Part shown: positions 26,604 to 35,767 of the stretch, in pieces
How positions within the stretch are numbered: position 1 is the first letter of the stretch
How the letters are laid out: each line of letters starts with the position of its first letter
Virus record (IMG/VR): IMGVR_UViG_3300031454_000238
Span: 1-44,370 of that record
DNA from: a virus
Lineage: Duplodnaviria; Caudoviricetes
Direction: 5' to 3' (one strand)
Length of the DNA stretch: 44,370 nucleotides
Made by a program: the position numbers and the translations under genes
The notes under the pieces: model-generated
What the model was told of the DNA's origin: nothing
Database searches by the model: none
What the model saw: only the letters and a program-made list of their open reading frames with translations

Positions 26604-27953
26604 CTATGCCGCCTTTCGCGCCCGCCACCCCTGCCGTAGCAGGTTCTCGGTAAAGATGATGACCTGCGCGAACGCATCCGCCTGATCGTCGTGCTCAGCA
26701 TCGGGAAAGGATGCGAGTTCGTCCGCGAAGGGCATGAGCCACGGCACGGCGCGGTCGGGGTGGGGCAGCAGCACACAGCCGCGCTCGCACCACAGCGACG
26801 CTTGCCGCGCCCGCTCGGTCTTGCTTCCCGTGGGCATGAACGCTTTGATCGGCACACCGACGCCTTCGCCCATACTTTGGGTGACGCTCGTTCCCGAACC
26901 GCGATCTTCGACAACAACGGCTTGCAGCAGGCCGTCGCGGTTCCACTCCCGCGCCATCCGTGCGACCTGTGCCACGAGCGCGGGAAATTGCAGACGGTCG
27001 CGCCAGACGTGCTTCACGAGCAGGCGATAGTCGGCGGTCAATTCCGCGACCACGCACGCCGAGTAGTCGCTGGCGGCCTTGTCTTTGAGTGCAGTATCAA
27101 ATGACAACCAACGCGCCACGACGGGCGGCGGCGTGGCGACGTGGTAGCGCGTGGTCGCCGCGTCCCACCAGCGCAGGTCGTAGGGGTGCAGCGTCGTGTC
27201 CGTGACCCACAAGCCGTCGAGGAGTTGCGCCCGCGTGATCGGGTCGAGTTCCGCGAGCGATTCGCGGTAGGCGGCGGCGTCGAGGTAGGGGTTGTCTTCC
27301 AATCGCGCCGGGATGAACCGCCGCCCTTCCGCCTGTTCCACGAAGAACCGTCTGTACACCCACCCGTGACCGACGCCGCCGGGGTTCGACGCCGCACGCA
27401 TCCGCAACGGCACTTCGCTCGTGGCGAGACGACGCAGGCGGGAGAACATGTACTGATATTGCGTCTCGCTGAATTGCGTCAACTCATCGAAACATATGTA
27501 AGTCAATTCACTGCCCTGATACCTATACTTGTCGTTCTCGTGTTCGAGATAACCGAACGTGAGGGTCGCACCGGACGGGAAGTGATAGGTCTTGTCGCGG
27601 TCATTCCACCGGGCATCGGTGCCGCGCAACCAATCGTGCGCCCGATCCATGATGGCACCGGGCAGCGACAGATCGGCGTAGGTGCGGCGAAGGATCAGCG
27701 CGGCGTACCCCGGCACGTCCACGTACTGCAACGCCGCCATGAGTGCCGCCTGAGACTTCCCGCCGCCCGCCGCGCCCCCGAACAACACCTCGCGGTCATT
27801 CGTCCAGAGGAATTGCGCCTGCTTGGGCGTCATCGTCTCCGGCATGTACTCCGTGTGACGCGGATTGAGCAGGCGCAGCACCCGCTCCTGCTGTAGCACC
27901 GGCAACGATGGTAGCAGCGAGAGCCAATCGTCCGGCATCGTCGGTAGGCTCAT
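26604..27953 (-). CDS. terL: Terminase large subunit
   Basis: Walker A GGAAGGGKS, Walker B ICFDE, ASNPGG, nuclease SFDTA and HDDQADA. Confidence 0.95.
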   Translation of the reverse strand: MSLPTMPDDWLSLLPSLPVLQQERVLRLLNPRHTEYMPETMTPKQAQFLWTNDREVLFGGAAGGGKSQAALMAALQYVDVPGYAALILRRTYADLSLPGAIMDRAHDWLRGTDARWNDRDKTYHFPSGATLTFGYLEHENDKYRYQGSELTYICFDELTQFSETQYQYMFSRLRRLATSEVPLRMRAASNPGGVGHGWVYRRFFVEQAEGRRFIPARLEDNPYLDAAAYRESLAELDPITRAQLLDGLWVTDTTLHPYDLRWWDAATTRYHVATPPPVVARWLSFDTALKDKAASDYSACVVAELTADYRLLVKHVWRDRLQFPALVAQVARMAREWNRDGLLQAVVVEDRGSGTSVTQSMGEGVGVPIKAFMPTGSKTERARQASLWCERGCVLLPHPDRAVPWLMPFADELASFPDAEHDDQADAFAQVIIFTENLLRQGWRARKAA

Positions 27954-28431
27954 CTTTCACCCCTACCGCGCCGCTGTGCTTGACGTTCACGTCGCTGACG
28001 CCCTTGCGCCCGCCGGTTTCCTTGGCCGCGTCATCGAGCGCGCCGCGCAACTGCTGCACTTCCGGCGTCTTGAATTGCGGGATGCCACCGAAACCGACGG
28101 CGTAGAAGCCATCGGTTTTCAGGAGATGCACAATCTCCGACGCCAACCACACCGACACGTCGGTACGCCCATCCGCCTCCCGCAAGCCCGCGAGAATCGG
28201 TGCCTCGGTGCGCCGCTGCCGTTCGGCGTCTCGTTCGGCGCGTTCCGCCGCGAGTTGGGGGGCGAAGGCTTCGCGCACGCGCTCGATGATCGGCTTCTTG
28301 GTGCGGGCGTAGTATTTCACGTTATCGAGCGTGCAGCCCACATCGGCGGCGATGGCGGGATACGGATCGTTCGCCGCGATGCGCCGCTGGATGTCGGCGA
28401 TTTGCCGCTCGGTCAGTTGGTTGCGTGGCAT
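27796..28431 (-). CDS. terS: Terminase small subunit (N-terminal HTH)
   Basis: HTH-like N-terminus, VKHSGAV motif, overlaps the terL 5' end. Confidence 0.65.
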   Translation of the reverse strand: MPRNQLTERQIADIQRRIAANDPYPAIAADVGCTLDNVKYYARTKKPIIERVREAFAPQLAAERAERDAERQRRTEAPILAGLREADGRTDVSVWLASEIVHLLKTDGFYAVGFGGIPQFKTPEVQQLRGALDDAAKETGGRKGVSDVNVKHSGAVGVKDEPTDDAGRLALAATIVAGATAGAGAAPAQSASHGVHAGDDDAQAGAIPLDE

Positions 28432-28440
28432 GGTAGACCC

Positions 28441-28489
28441 CGGTGAGTTCGGTGAGTGGCGCGACGCGGCGGTGAGTTGTCCGGTGAGT
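28441..28489. repeat. Four CGGTGAGT direct repeats just upstream of terS
   Basis: Copies start at 28441, 28450, 28470, 28482. Confidence 0.8.
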
Positions 28490-28495
28490 TCCGCC

Positions 28496-28711
28496 CTACC
28501 CCATCCCCGTCCACCGCCACAACCGCACGGCCCACGCCAGCGTGCCATCCGGGTGCGCCGCCGGATTCGCCCGCACCTCATCAAGGCACATCGCCAACGC
28601 TTCGGCAATGGCACCGTGCGCGACGGGGCGGGGGTGATCGTCGGCGTTGCGCAGGGCGGCGGTGGCGGTGGGGTCAATCAACGCAGGCGGGAGACTGTTG
28701 CGCCGTTGCAT
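28496..28711 (-). CDS. Hypothetical protein
   Basis: SD AAGGAG. Confidence 0.55.
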   Translation of the reverse strand: MQRRNSLPPALIDPTATAALRNADDHPRPVAHGAIAEALAMCLDEVRANPAAHPDGTLAWAVRLWRWTGMG

Positions 28712-28758
28712 CGCTGTCTCCTTCGGGCAGGTTTTGCCATGCGCTCATGCGTCACCCC

Positions 28759-28929
28759 CTATGCGGCAAGCCCCACGCGCTTTGCGGCACGCCAGTTGTC
28801 GAGCGATCCGTAGTCCTTGCGGATTTCCATGAGCCGTTGCTTGAGGTGTCGCTCCGGCACGTCCAGTTCGACGCACAACCTACGCACGATCTCGGACACG
28901 GGCAGATACCAGTTCGGATGAATGTCCAT
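28759..28929 (-). CDS. 56-aa hypothetical protein MDIHPNWYLPVSEIVRRL...
   Basis: SD AAGGAGG; first ORF after the late promoter. Confidence 0.55.
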   Translation of the reverse strand: MDIHPNWYLPVSEIVRRLCVELDVPERHLKQRLMEIRKDYGSLDNWRAAKRVGLAA

Positions 28930-28949
28930 GCCAGACCTCCTTTAGGGCA

Positions 28950-28976
28950 CACGAAGAACCCCGCGCAGAGGCGGGC
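28950..28976 (-). terminator. Terminator-like hairpin just downstream of the late promoter
   Basis: CCCGC-CTCTGC-GCGGG-GTTCTT. Confidence 0.5.
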
Positions 28977-29013
28977 AGAACTCAATCGGGGATGGCTGTG
29001 GTAAGTATGGTCA

Positions 29014-29042
29014 ATACTACAGTAAAAAACAGCACACGTCAA
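29014..29042 (-). promoter_or_regulatory. Putative late promoter
   Basis: TTGACG, 17 bp, TAGTAT in an AT-rich island. Confidence 0.7.
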
Positions 29043-29581
29043 CCTTCCGGTTCCCCATCCCTTCGCCGCTCCCGATAGCCCCGCGTCGCCACCCACTCGA
29101 TAAGCACGGCCTTCCATGCTTCCGAGAGGCGGGAATTCACGGTGCCTGCCGCCATGCCGTAGTGCCGCATCACCTCGCCCTCGGTCATCACCGCCTCGGT
29201 CATGGGATGGGCGAGGACAAACAGCGGCGTGCCGCGACGGTCGAGGATGCGCTTATAGCCGACCTCACAGCCGAACCAGACGACCACATGCCCCGCGTGG
29301 GTGTTGTGCGGGTTCGGCTGCATCAGGAGGCCCGCATAGACGGCACGCACGGCGGCGGCGGCTTCCGCGCCCGTGAGGATGCGCCCGCTCACGGTGCGCA
29401 CGCCACGGGCGGCATAGGTCGCTTGCGGGTCGAGGCGGGTGTCGCTGCGCCACGCACTGTTCTCTTCGAGGTACGCCTTCACCGCCTCAATCGGGAAGTC
29501 CCGTTCGGGCGGCAGATCGCGCTTGCGCACGGATTGCACGGGTTGCATCGCTGTGGCCCCCTTCGTGATCGTGGCTACCAT
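29039..29581 (-). CDS. Probable late transcriptional regulator (sigma region 4-like HTH)
   Basis: MTEGEVMRHYGMAAGTVNSRLSEAWKAV; last gene before the late promoter. Confidence 0.6.
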   Translation of the reverse strand: MVATITKGATAMQPVQSVRKRDLPPERDFPIEAVKAYLEENSAWRSDTRLDPQATYAARGVRTVSGRILTGAEAAAAVRAVYAGLLMQPNPHNTHAGHVVVWFGCEVGYKRILDRRGTPLFVLAHPMTEAVMTEGEVMRHYGMAAGTVNSRLSEAWKAVLIEWVATRGYRERRRDGEPEG

Positions 29582-29601
29582 GTTCCCCCGCTCCCCTCGC
29601 G

Positions 29602-30228
29602 CTACTCGCCCGCAGGGCGGAGGGTGAATCCCGCATCCGCTGCTTTCAATTCGGGCGGGCGTGTGTCGTATCGCCCCCGCATTTCCGCCCCCGCCTGTTG
29701 GCCCCACTCGCGGTTCACCGCCACAAGGTCAAGTGCGTAGATTTCCGCCGTGCGCTTGCTGTTCCACCCCTGCGCCCGCCCGGAACGCACCGCGTCGGGT
29801 ACGCTCATGGGCGAAGGGGCGGGTGCTTCCGTCTCCTGCGTGGCCTGCCGCTCCTCGCGTTCCGTGCGCATCCTCAGCTTCTGCTCGCCGTAGGTGATCT
29901 GTGCGTAGGTGAGCCCGGTGCGCTCTCCGATGTCTCCCCGACCGAGGCCATCGGCGTAGTACGCTCGCAACCACCCTAGCCGCTCGTCGTCCCACGTCAT
30001 GCCACCATCGGCGTTTTTCCACCGCCGCCCGTCCGGTGCGCCCACGGTTGACGCCGTCGGTTCCGGGAGGGCGGGCAACAGTTCGGGGGCCATCGCCGTT
30101 CCCGTATCGCCAAGCACGCCCCTAAGCGCGACGATCAACTCTCGGCATTCGCCCTCGGTGAACGTCGCGGCATAGCCGTTCGGGAGCGTGACGCGGTAAC
30201 TCACCACCCGTTGCGCCGTGATCGCCAT
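29602..30228 (-). CDS. Hypothetical HTH-containing protein
   Basis: WDDERLGWLRAYYADGLGRGDIGERTG. Confidence 0.5.
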   Translation of the reverse strand: MAITAQRVVSYRVTLPNGYAATFTEGECRELIVALRGVLGDTGTAMAPELLPALPEPTASTVGAPDGRRWKNADGGMTWDDERLGWLRAYYADGLGRGDIGERTGLTYAQITYGEQKLRMRTEREERQATQETEAPAPSPMSVPDAVRSGRAQGWNSKRTAEIYALDLVAVNREWGQQAGAEMRGRYDTRPPELKAADAGFTLRPAGE

Positions 30229-30245
30229 GCCGCCTCCCCCGTGTG

Positions 30246-30470
30246 CTAGTGGCCCGGTAGCAGGCCATCGCCCGCCCCTAATTCGCGCCGCAACCGCTCC
30301 CGCACCTGCCACGTCCCCCATGCGCTCGTCTCCCGCCCGTACAGCAGCGTGAGAGCGGCATCTACGCACCGCCCGTGTACCAGCCTGCCACCGATGGGAT
30401 GGGCGCGGGCATCGGCGTAGATGATGCCGCCGCAGATTAAACAGAATGGGGGTTCAAGGTGTGTCGCCAT
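30246..30470 (-). CDS. Small Zn-finger protein
   Basis: CLICGG...HGRC. Confidence 0.5.
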   Translation of the reverse strand: MATHLEPPFCLICGGIIYADARAHPIGGRLVHGRCVDAALTLLYGRETSAWGTWQVRERLRRELGAGDGLLPGH

Positions 30471-31905
30471 GCCCTGCCCCCTCCCCGTCATCCCGCTCCC
30501 CGCACGCCGCGAAATCCGCCGCGATCTTGTCGGCGTCGAACGGGAACCGGAGCCGTCGCCCCGTCTCCCACGCTTGCAGGGTGAAGACGACGAAGCGGGC
30601 AAGGTCGGGAAGTTCGAGCGGGGCAACGTCGGCGAGGCGGGCGTCCACGATGCGCCGCACGTCGGTTGCGTTGAGCCACAGCGGCAGCGGGTCGTAGGTG
30701 AGTTCGTCGGCTGCCTCCGGTGCCGCGTGGCCCATCGCCTGCATCGCGGGGAGGCCGAAGGTGTCGGGTTCGTCATCAGCGGATGCGGGAGGCGGCAGCA
30801 CGTCGAGAGAAATGAGTACCGGGCCAAGCACGCACATCGCCTCGTGCAGCGCGGATTCCGCCCGCCCTACCTGTGCAGTCGCGCCCTCGTGGTCGTGGTC
30901 ACTACGGGCCTTGTTGAGCCAATAGATCGCGTTCTCGCGGGCATCCCACGCATCCCGCATCTTGCCCGCGCACCGCTTCAAGGCCGCAAACTGCTCAGCG
31001 GTGTCGTCAGAGTACTCGTCGTCGGATTCGTCCACCGTCTGCGTGTCGCCATCGAGCGCGGTGCTGGCGGCGGCCTCGCGGATGGCGGGGTAGGGGGCCG
31101 TGCTGTCCGACGTGAAGAAGCGTACCGAGGAAGGGTCAAGGAAACCCCGGTACATGTACGAGATGAACGGAGCGGGTGTCGGAGGTGGTACATCGCCAAC
31201 GCCCACAAGTTTCAACGCCGCACCCCCCCCCTGAGCCTCTGTGGTGCGAGGGGGCATCGCCGCCTCCCCCGCCCCTTCCGTCGCTCCTGTGCCATCGGGG
31301 ACGGCGTGCGGGGCATCCTTGCGGGCGGCGTGGTGGGCGGCAAGGGCATCGTGCAAGCGACGGAGGCGAAATGCTTCCACCGTCGCCACCTGATCGCGTT
31401 CGTACGGGCTGGCGACCGTGAACGTCACGCGCCCGTCCAACAGTTTCCGCGCCGCCGCCACCACCGCCGCCGCATCGGGCGCAACCGTGGGCGTCGCGGG
31501 CCACGAGACCACCCGCACCGTGCCGTCGGCCTGTGTGCGCATCGTGGTGCCGGGGTAGTCGGGGAACTCGCCGGAAGCAGCGGGCGCGGGTGCCGGAGCA
31601 TCGCCCGTGTCGAGGGAGGCGATCAGGGACAGCACGGCGTCGCACTCGTTGATCCGCGCCCGGATATCCACCGCATCCTCGTAATTCCGCATCCACAGTG
31701 CCCGCCGCTCGGTGATCTGCGCCGCGAGGGTGCGCAGGGCATCAGGGGCGATGCGGTACGCGAGATCGTCGCAGTCCGCCAGCGCGTTGTTGAGGACTTC
31801 CTCTGCCCTGCTGCCCTGCTTTGCGTCACAGTACGGTTGCCAGAGGCGGCGGTGCATCTCCTGTAACGCCTGTGCCGCGCTCGTGATCGGTGTGTCGTCG
31901 GTCAT
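30454..31905 (-). CDS. Large hypothetical early protein
   Basis: ATGA-coupled start, consistent codon use; no family recognised. Confidence 0.55.
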   Translation of the reverse strand: MTDDTPITSAAQALQEMHRRLWQPYCDAKQGSRAEEVLNNALADCDDLAYRIAPDALRTLAAQITERRALWMRNYEDAVDIRARINECDAVLSLIASLDTGDAPAPAPAASGEFPDYPGTTMRTQADGTVRVVSWPATPTVAPDAAAVVAAARKLLDGRVTFTVASPYERDQVATVEAFRLRRLHDALAAHHAARKDAPHAVPDGTGATEGAGEAAMPPRTTEAQGGGAALKLVGVGDVPPPTPAPFISYMYRGFLDPSSVRFFTSDSTAPYPAIREAAASTALDGDTQTVDESDDEYSDDTAEQFAALKRCAGKMRDAWDARENAIYWLNKARSDHDHEGATAQVGRAESALHEAMCVLGPVLISLDVLPPPASADDEPDTFGLPAMQAMGHAAPEAADELTYDPLPLWLNATDVRRIVDARLADVAPLELPDLARFVVFTLQAWETGRRLRFPFDADKIAADFAACGERDDGEGAGHGDTP

Positions 31906-32093
31906 CGCCCCGCCTCCCCTTCCTGCCTTGCCCGCCGCGCCATCGTCCACGCCACCGTCGCCAGCGCGAGGTTGACGGCGGCGAGGATCACTGTGCGCCG
32001 CGCCGCCCGTTCGTCGCGCCGTCGCCGCTTGCCCTCGGCCTGCTGTGCCGCCCACTCCGAGACGCGCCAGTCAGCCGTGCGTGTGTTCCTCAT
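31902..32093 (-). CDS. Small membrane protein
   Basis: VILAAVNLALATVAW; ATGA overlaps on both sides. Confidence 0.55.
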   Translation of the reverse strand: MRNTRTADWRVSEWAAQQAEGKRRRRDERAARRTVILAAVNLALATVAWTMARRARQEGEAGR

Positions 32094-32512
32094 TGCGCTT
32101 CCTCCTTTTCCCGGACAAAGCCGAGCAGCATATTCCAACTCCCCACGGCGACTTCCACCTGTTCGCGCTTACCGAGCCGCCGCGTCTGGGCCTGTATGCA
32201 CTGCACCTGTCGGTCGTCCGCGTAGGCCACGCCGTTGAGTGAGTCGAGGATTGCTTTGACGTAGTTATCCAAATCGCCGCGCCCCGCCGTGACGACCACG
32301 ACCGCGACGATCACCGGGCCGTCAATCGGGCGAATGCCCGCCTCCCGCGCCCGGAGCGTCACCGCGCCGCAATAGGCGAGATACCGCTGTGCGCGTGCCG
32401 TCCACTTGGAGCGCGTCGTCATGCGTACGTATGGCACCGGGCGACCCTCGACCACGAAGGTGCGTAACGGCACCATCGCGAGCGTGGGCGTCGCGCCCCC
32501 CTCACCCGCCAT
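32090..32512 (-). CDS. rusA: RusA-family Holliday junction resolvase
   Basis: GDLDNYVKAILDSLNGVAYADDRQV. Confidence 0.92.
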   Translation of the reverse strand: MAGEGGATPTLAMVPLRTFVVEGRPVPYVRMTTRSKWTARAQRYLAYCGAVTLRAREAGIRPIDGPVIVAVVVVTAGRGDLDNYVKAILDSLNGVAYADDRQVQCIQAQTRRLGKREQVEVAVGSWNMLLGFVREKEEAQ

Positions 32513-32699
32513 CCCGCACCGCTCCCGCGACGTGGGCCGCGATTGCCGCCGCGACGTCCTCCCCCGCGCCTGACTGCACACAGAGCGCGAGGAGGGCGCG
32601 GTACTCGCTATCGATCCGCACGATGTCTGCGATGCACCCGCGCAGATAGACGGCGAGCGTAGGTTTGTCCATCTTGGCGAGTTGGGCATCGCTCGCCAT
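32502..32699 (-). CDS. Hypothetical protein
   Basis: Fills the gap in the operon; start uncertain. Confidence 0.45.
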   Translation of the reverse strand: MASDAQLAKMDKPTLAVYLRGCIADIVRIDSEYRALLALCVQSGAGEDVAAAIAAHVAGAVRDGG

Positions 32700-32724
32700 C
32701 GTGGGGGAAGGGCCGAGGGTGGTG

Positions 32725-33282
32725 CTATCGCACGATGGACGCGGGGGCATGTAGTACCTCCTCGATAGACCTGCCATCAATGCCGTCCCCAACTGACGAC
32801 CATCCCAACCGCGTTTGTCGCGCAAACAACTCAAGGCGAGGTGCGGGGCTGATAGATTCGATCAGGTCGTAGAACCCCTCCGGTTTGGCACTATGACGTT
32901 TCGGTGCGGCATGGAAATGTGTGGGAGCATAGCGTCGCAGCGGGAACCGACACGCCCCGTAATAGCCCATGAGACAATGCTGCGTGGTGCTGGCAAACCA
33001 CGCGCCGCAACCGCTCGGTTTCACCCACGTCACCGTGGTGAGGTAGCGCACGCCCCACGCCTCGAGAACATCGAATGCGGCACGCAGGAACTGGTTCGTC
33101 GTCCACAACCAGACGTGGGCACCACGAACCAGAAGCGGGGCGATGGGAAGGGCGGTAATCTCGCGCACACTCAGCGTGGGGTAGGGCAAACGGGTTGAAG
33201 TCATCGGGCGCGTTGCGCGTCGCCCGATGACGTGCTGCTCCCACGGGGGATCGCAAAGCACCGTGCCAAATTGTGCGCTCAC
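32725..33282 (-). CDS. MT-A70-family adenine methyltransferase
   Basis: DPPW, YPTLS, WLWTTN, WVKP, HSAKPE, LELFAR. Confidence 0.92.
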   Translation of the reverse strand: MSAQFGTVLCDPPWEQHVIGRRATRPMTSTRLPYPTLSVREITALPIAPLLVRGAHVWLWTTNQFLRAAFDVLEAWGVRYLTTVTWVKPSGCGAWFASTTQHCLMGYYGACRFPLRRYAPTHFHAAPKRHSAKPEGFYDLIESISPAPRLELFARQTRLGWSSVGDGIDGRSIEEVLHAPASIVR

Positions 33283-33494
33283 GTCCCCACCCTCCCCACT
33301 CGTTCCCCTGCCGCCCGCTCCGTCGCCCTCGCCACCGCGAGCAAAGTCGCGTAGGGGATGTACACCGCCCGCGTCTCCGTGCGCGTCTCGCCCTCGCCCG
33401 CGACGATGGTCGCCTCGCCCGTGAGCAGGTCGCAGACGATGTGTTCTATTGAAGGCGTCCCGCCCGATACTGGGGCGGGGGGTGGGAGTGTCAT
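33279..33494 (-). CDS. Hypothetical protein
   Basis: Start/stop overlaps with both neighbours. Confidence 0.5.
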   Translation of the reverse strand: MTLPPPAPVSGGTPSIEHIVCDLLTGEATIVAGEGETRTETRAVYIPYATLLAVARATERAAGERVGRVGT

Positions 33495-33763
33495 GCGTAC
33501 CCCCGCTGCTTCGCGGCCTTTTGCGCTCGCCGCTGCTTCACGAGATCGCAGTATGGGCATTCCTCGATCTGTCCGAACTTGGGGTGTCCCGGCAGCACAT
33601 CCCATCGTCGCCAGCCCCCGTCGTGGCATTTCGTGCAAGCGAACGTCGGTTCAATCGCAGAACGACGCACCGCCTGTTCTTCGATGTGTCGCCGCCCGCG
33701 CTCTGCCGCCGTGTCGGGCGACGCGAGGGGGGCCGGGGCTTCCGGCGTGATCGTCGCGCTCAT
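33491..33763 (-). CDS. Zn-finger protein resembling the N-terminus of DnaC-type loaders
   Basis: CTKCHDGGW...GHPKFGQIEECPYC; no AAA+ domain. Confidence 0.6.
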   Translation of the reverse strand: MSATITPEAPAPLASPDTAAERGRRHIEEQAVRRSAIEPTFACTKCHDGGWRRWDVLPGHPKFGQIEECPYCDLVKQRRAQKAAKQRGYA

Positions 33764-34275
33764 GCCGCCCCGCCCCGGAGTTGCCGCACGTTACCGGGTG
33801 CGAGGGCGGGAAGATCGTCGCCACTGCTCACGCCGATGTGTCCATCCGTGACGGCGCGGGCAGCAACGGCGTACTCCGCCGCGAACTCCTTGCGCAACCA
33901 CGGCACCTGCTTGGCGTCTGAATGGGCAACCGTACCCACGCCCCCGATGGCCCGCAGTGCGCGTGCTGCCGCCACGTCTTCCGGTTCCCACGGCCCCCGG
34001 ATCGGGGTGTACGACCGCGCCGCGCGCAGCACCGCCTGCCACTCGCGTTCACACGCCTCGCCATCCCCGGCGTGGGTGCGAGCATAGCGAATGATCGTTG
34101 CTGGCACGGGGAAAAACTGCTCCTCGATCATGCAGGCACGGCACGCCGCCGCGAACACATCGTCGGGCATGTCGCCCAACAGTTCCCAGTAGGCCTCGAT
34201 GCGCGGCAGCCTGAGTTCTACCCCGAACGTATTCGCCAACTTATCGAGCAGTGGCACGAAGTGCTTTTTGTCCAT
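33760..34275 (-). CDS. Helicase loader/inhibitor-like protein (G39P-like)
   Basis: AYWELLGDMP...FFPVPATI; position after the initiator. Confidence 0.6.
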   Translation of the reverse strand: MDKKHFVPLLDKLANTFGVELRLPRIEAYWELLGDMPDDVFAAACRACMIEEQFFPVPATIIRYARTHAGDGEACEREWQAVLRAARSYTPIRGPWEPEDVAAARALRAIGGVGTVAHSDAKQVPWLRKEFAAEYAVAARAVTDGHIGVSSGDDLPALAPGNVRQLRGGAA

Positions 34276-35167
34276 CGGTCGTTTCCTCGTCTTGCGCGTA
34301 GAACTCCATCAGGGCCGCACGGGTCGCGTCGGTTTTCTGCTCCGGTGAAGCCCGCCCGAACCCGCCCGGTCGTTCCGGTTCCACCGCCAATTCACCCCAG
34401 TGGTTCGCCAGCGCGGGCGGGGTGAGTGATGCATTCGGAAACTTCTTCCGATACCGCACCGCACGCACGGCGATCTCCGGTACCGTTCCCCCCGCGTTGC
34501 CGATCTCTGTAGTCGCTGCGCCGATCTTGCCGCCTTCGCCCGTTGTCAGCGGTGCCGTGAGGTCATACCCGCACGCCGTCATCACGGCATCGAACAGCGG
34601 ACTGCGGGGACGTGGTTGTCTCTGCTCTGGCGGCGTTGCCTTGCTCTTTCGCGGCGGCGAAGCCGTTGCCGGTGCTTGCGGCAGTTCCGCTGCGGGGGGT
34701 AAGGGGGGTGTTTCTCTACTCTCCTCTTCTCTCTTCTCTTCTTCTCTAATCTTCTCTTGTGCGTTACGAGGCGTTACATCGGCGTTACGCTTCGTCTCAC
34801 GGTGCCGTTTTACCCGCTGTGCAACGGCTTCTGGCTTGTCGCTCGGCTTGTCGTATTGCCGCTTATCCCAACCGAGGAAGCGCACCGACACGACTTCCTC
34901 CCCATCCTCTGACGTTTCCCAGCGAACATCGGCGATACGTAACAATGCGAGGTCGTTACAGGTGCGTTTCAGTAGCGTTGCATCGGCGTTACACGTTTCC
35001 ACCGCGAGGAGGAAGGCGTTGCATTCGATCACTTCGCCCCGGTCATCCTGTTCCGAGGCGACGCAGAGCAGGTTGAACCAAACGCGAAATTGACTGTCAT
35101 CGAGGCGGCGCAACTTGGCGTCGTTGCGTGCCTCCGAGAACATGCGGAACCACGGCATTCTGCTCAT
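34241..35167 (-). CDS. Replication initiator (replisome organiser)
   Basis: MPWFRMFSE...DAKL; QRVKRHRE; EKIREEEKREEE linker; internal repeats. Confidence 0.8.
   Translation of the reverse strand: MSRMPWFRMFSEARNDAKLRRLDDSQFRVWFNLLCVASEQDDRGEVIECNAFLLAVETCNADATLLKRTCNDLALLRIADVRWETSEDGEEVVSVRFLGWDKRQYDKPSDKPEAVAQRVKRHRETKRNADVTPRNAQEKIREEEKREEESRETPPLPPAAELPQAPATASPPRKSKATPPEQRQPRPRSPLFDAVMTACGYDLTAPLTTGEGGKIGAATTEIGNAGGTVPEIAVRAVRYRKKFPNASLTPPALANHWGELAVEPERPGGFGRASPEQKTDATRAALMEFYAQDEETTDGQKALRATAR
34715..34995. other. Candidate replication origin in the initiator gene
   Basis: GCGTTAC x3 at 34761-34788, further CGTTAC copies near 34954 and 34987, adjacent polypyrimidine tract 34711-34758. 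Confidence 0.55.
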
Positions 35168-35712
35168 TGCTGCCACTCCTCAACCGTCTTGTTGTACTTG
35201 GCACGGTTGCAGGCGATGCAAGCAGTCACGAGGTTCGTGAGCGCGTTTGTACCGCCGCGACTGATCGGGTGGATGTGGTCGCACTCAAACGGCCCGGCGC
35301 GCGTGCCGCAGTATTGGCACGTCCATTCGTCGCGCCTAAATACGATCAGCCGAATCACGGCCCAATCAGCCCACGGCAACCGTCCCTCACGGGGCTTCCT
35401 TACAAGCCCGCCCCAATCGTGGACGATCAGCCGTCCCTCTGGTGTGCGCTCCAGAAACCCTGCCCTGTCCCCAACGCGAGCGTCAACGAGGGCGGCTATA
35501 AGGATGTCGGGGTCGCCCTCCCATTGCATCGCCTCGGCTATGTCCGATGCGTCGAAATCGGTGATGTCGCCGTCCTCTGCATAACCGAGGCACCACTGCC
35601 ACAGCAGGGTGAGATGCCCGATCACCGTCACCCGCGAGACGCCAAGCAAACGAGCGGCTTTCTTCGTCTTCGGATGTTCCGGCAGTTCTTGGTGAACTTC
35701 GATGTATGCCAC
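35164..35712 (-). CDS. Initiator-like N-terminal domain fused to an HNH nuclease
   Basis: HPKTKKAARLLG...GHLTLLWQW...VHDW, then RRDEWTCQYCG...DHIHPISRGG...NLVTACIACN. Confidence 0.8.
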   Translation of the reverse strand: MAYIEVHQELPEHPKTKKAARLLGVSRVTVIGHLTLLWQWCLGYAEDGDITDFDASDIAEAMQWEGDPDILIAALVDARVGDRAGFLERTPEGRLIVHDWGGLVRKPREGRLPWADWAVIRLIVFRRDEWTCQYCGTRAGPFECDHIHPISRGGTNALTNLVTACIACNRAKYNKTVEEWQQ

Positions 35713-35767
35713 CCGCGCACCCCACACAGACACGAAGGGGCAGCCCGTACGAGCCGCCCCGCGCCAC

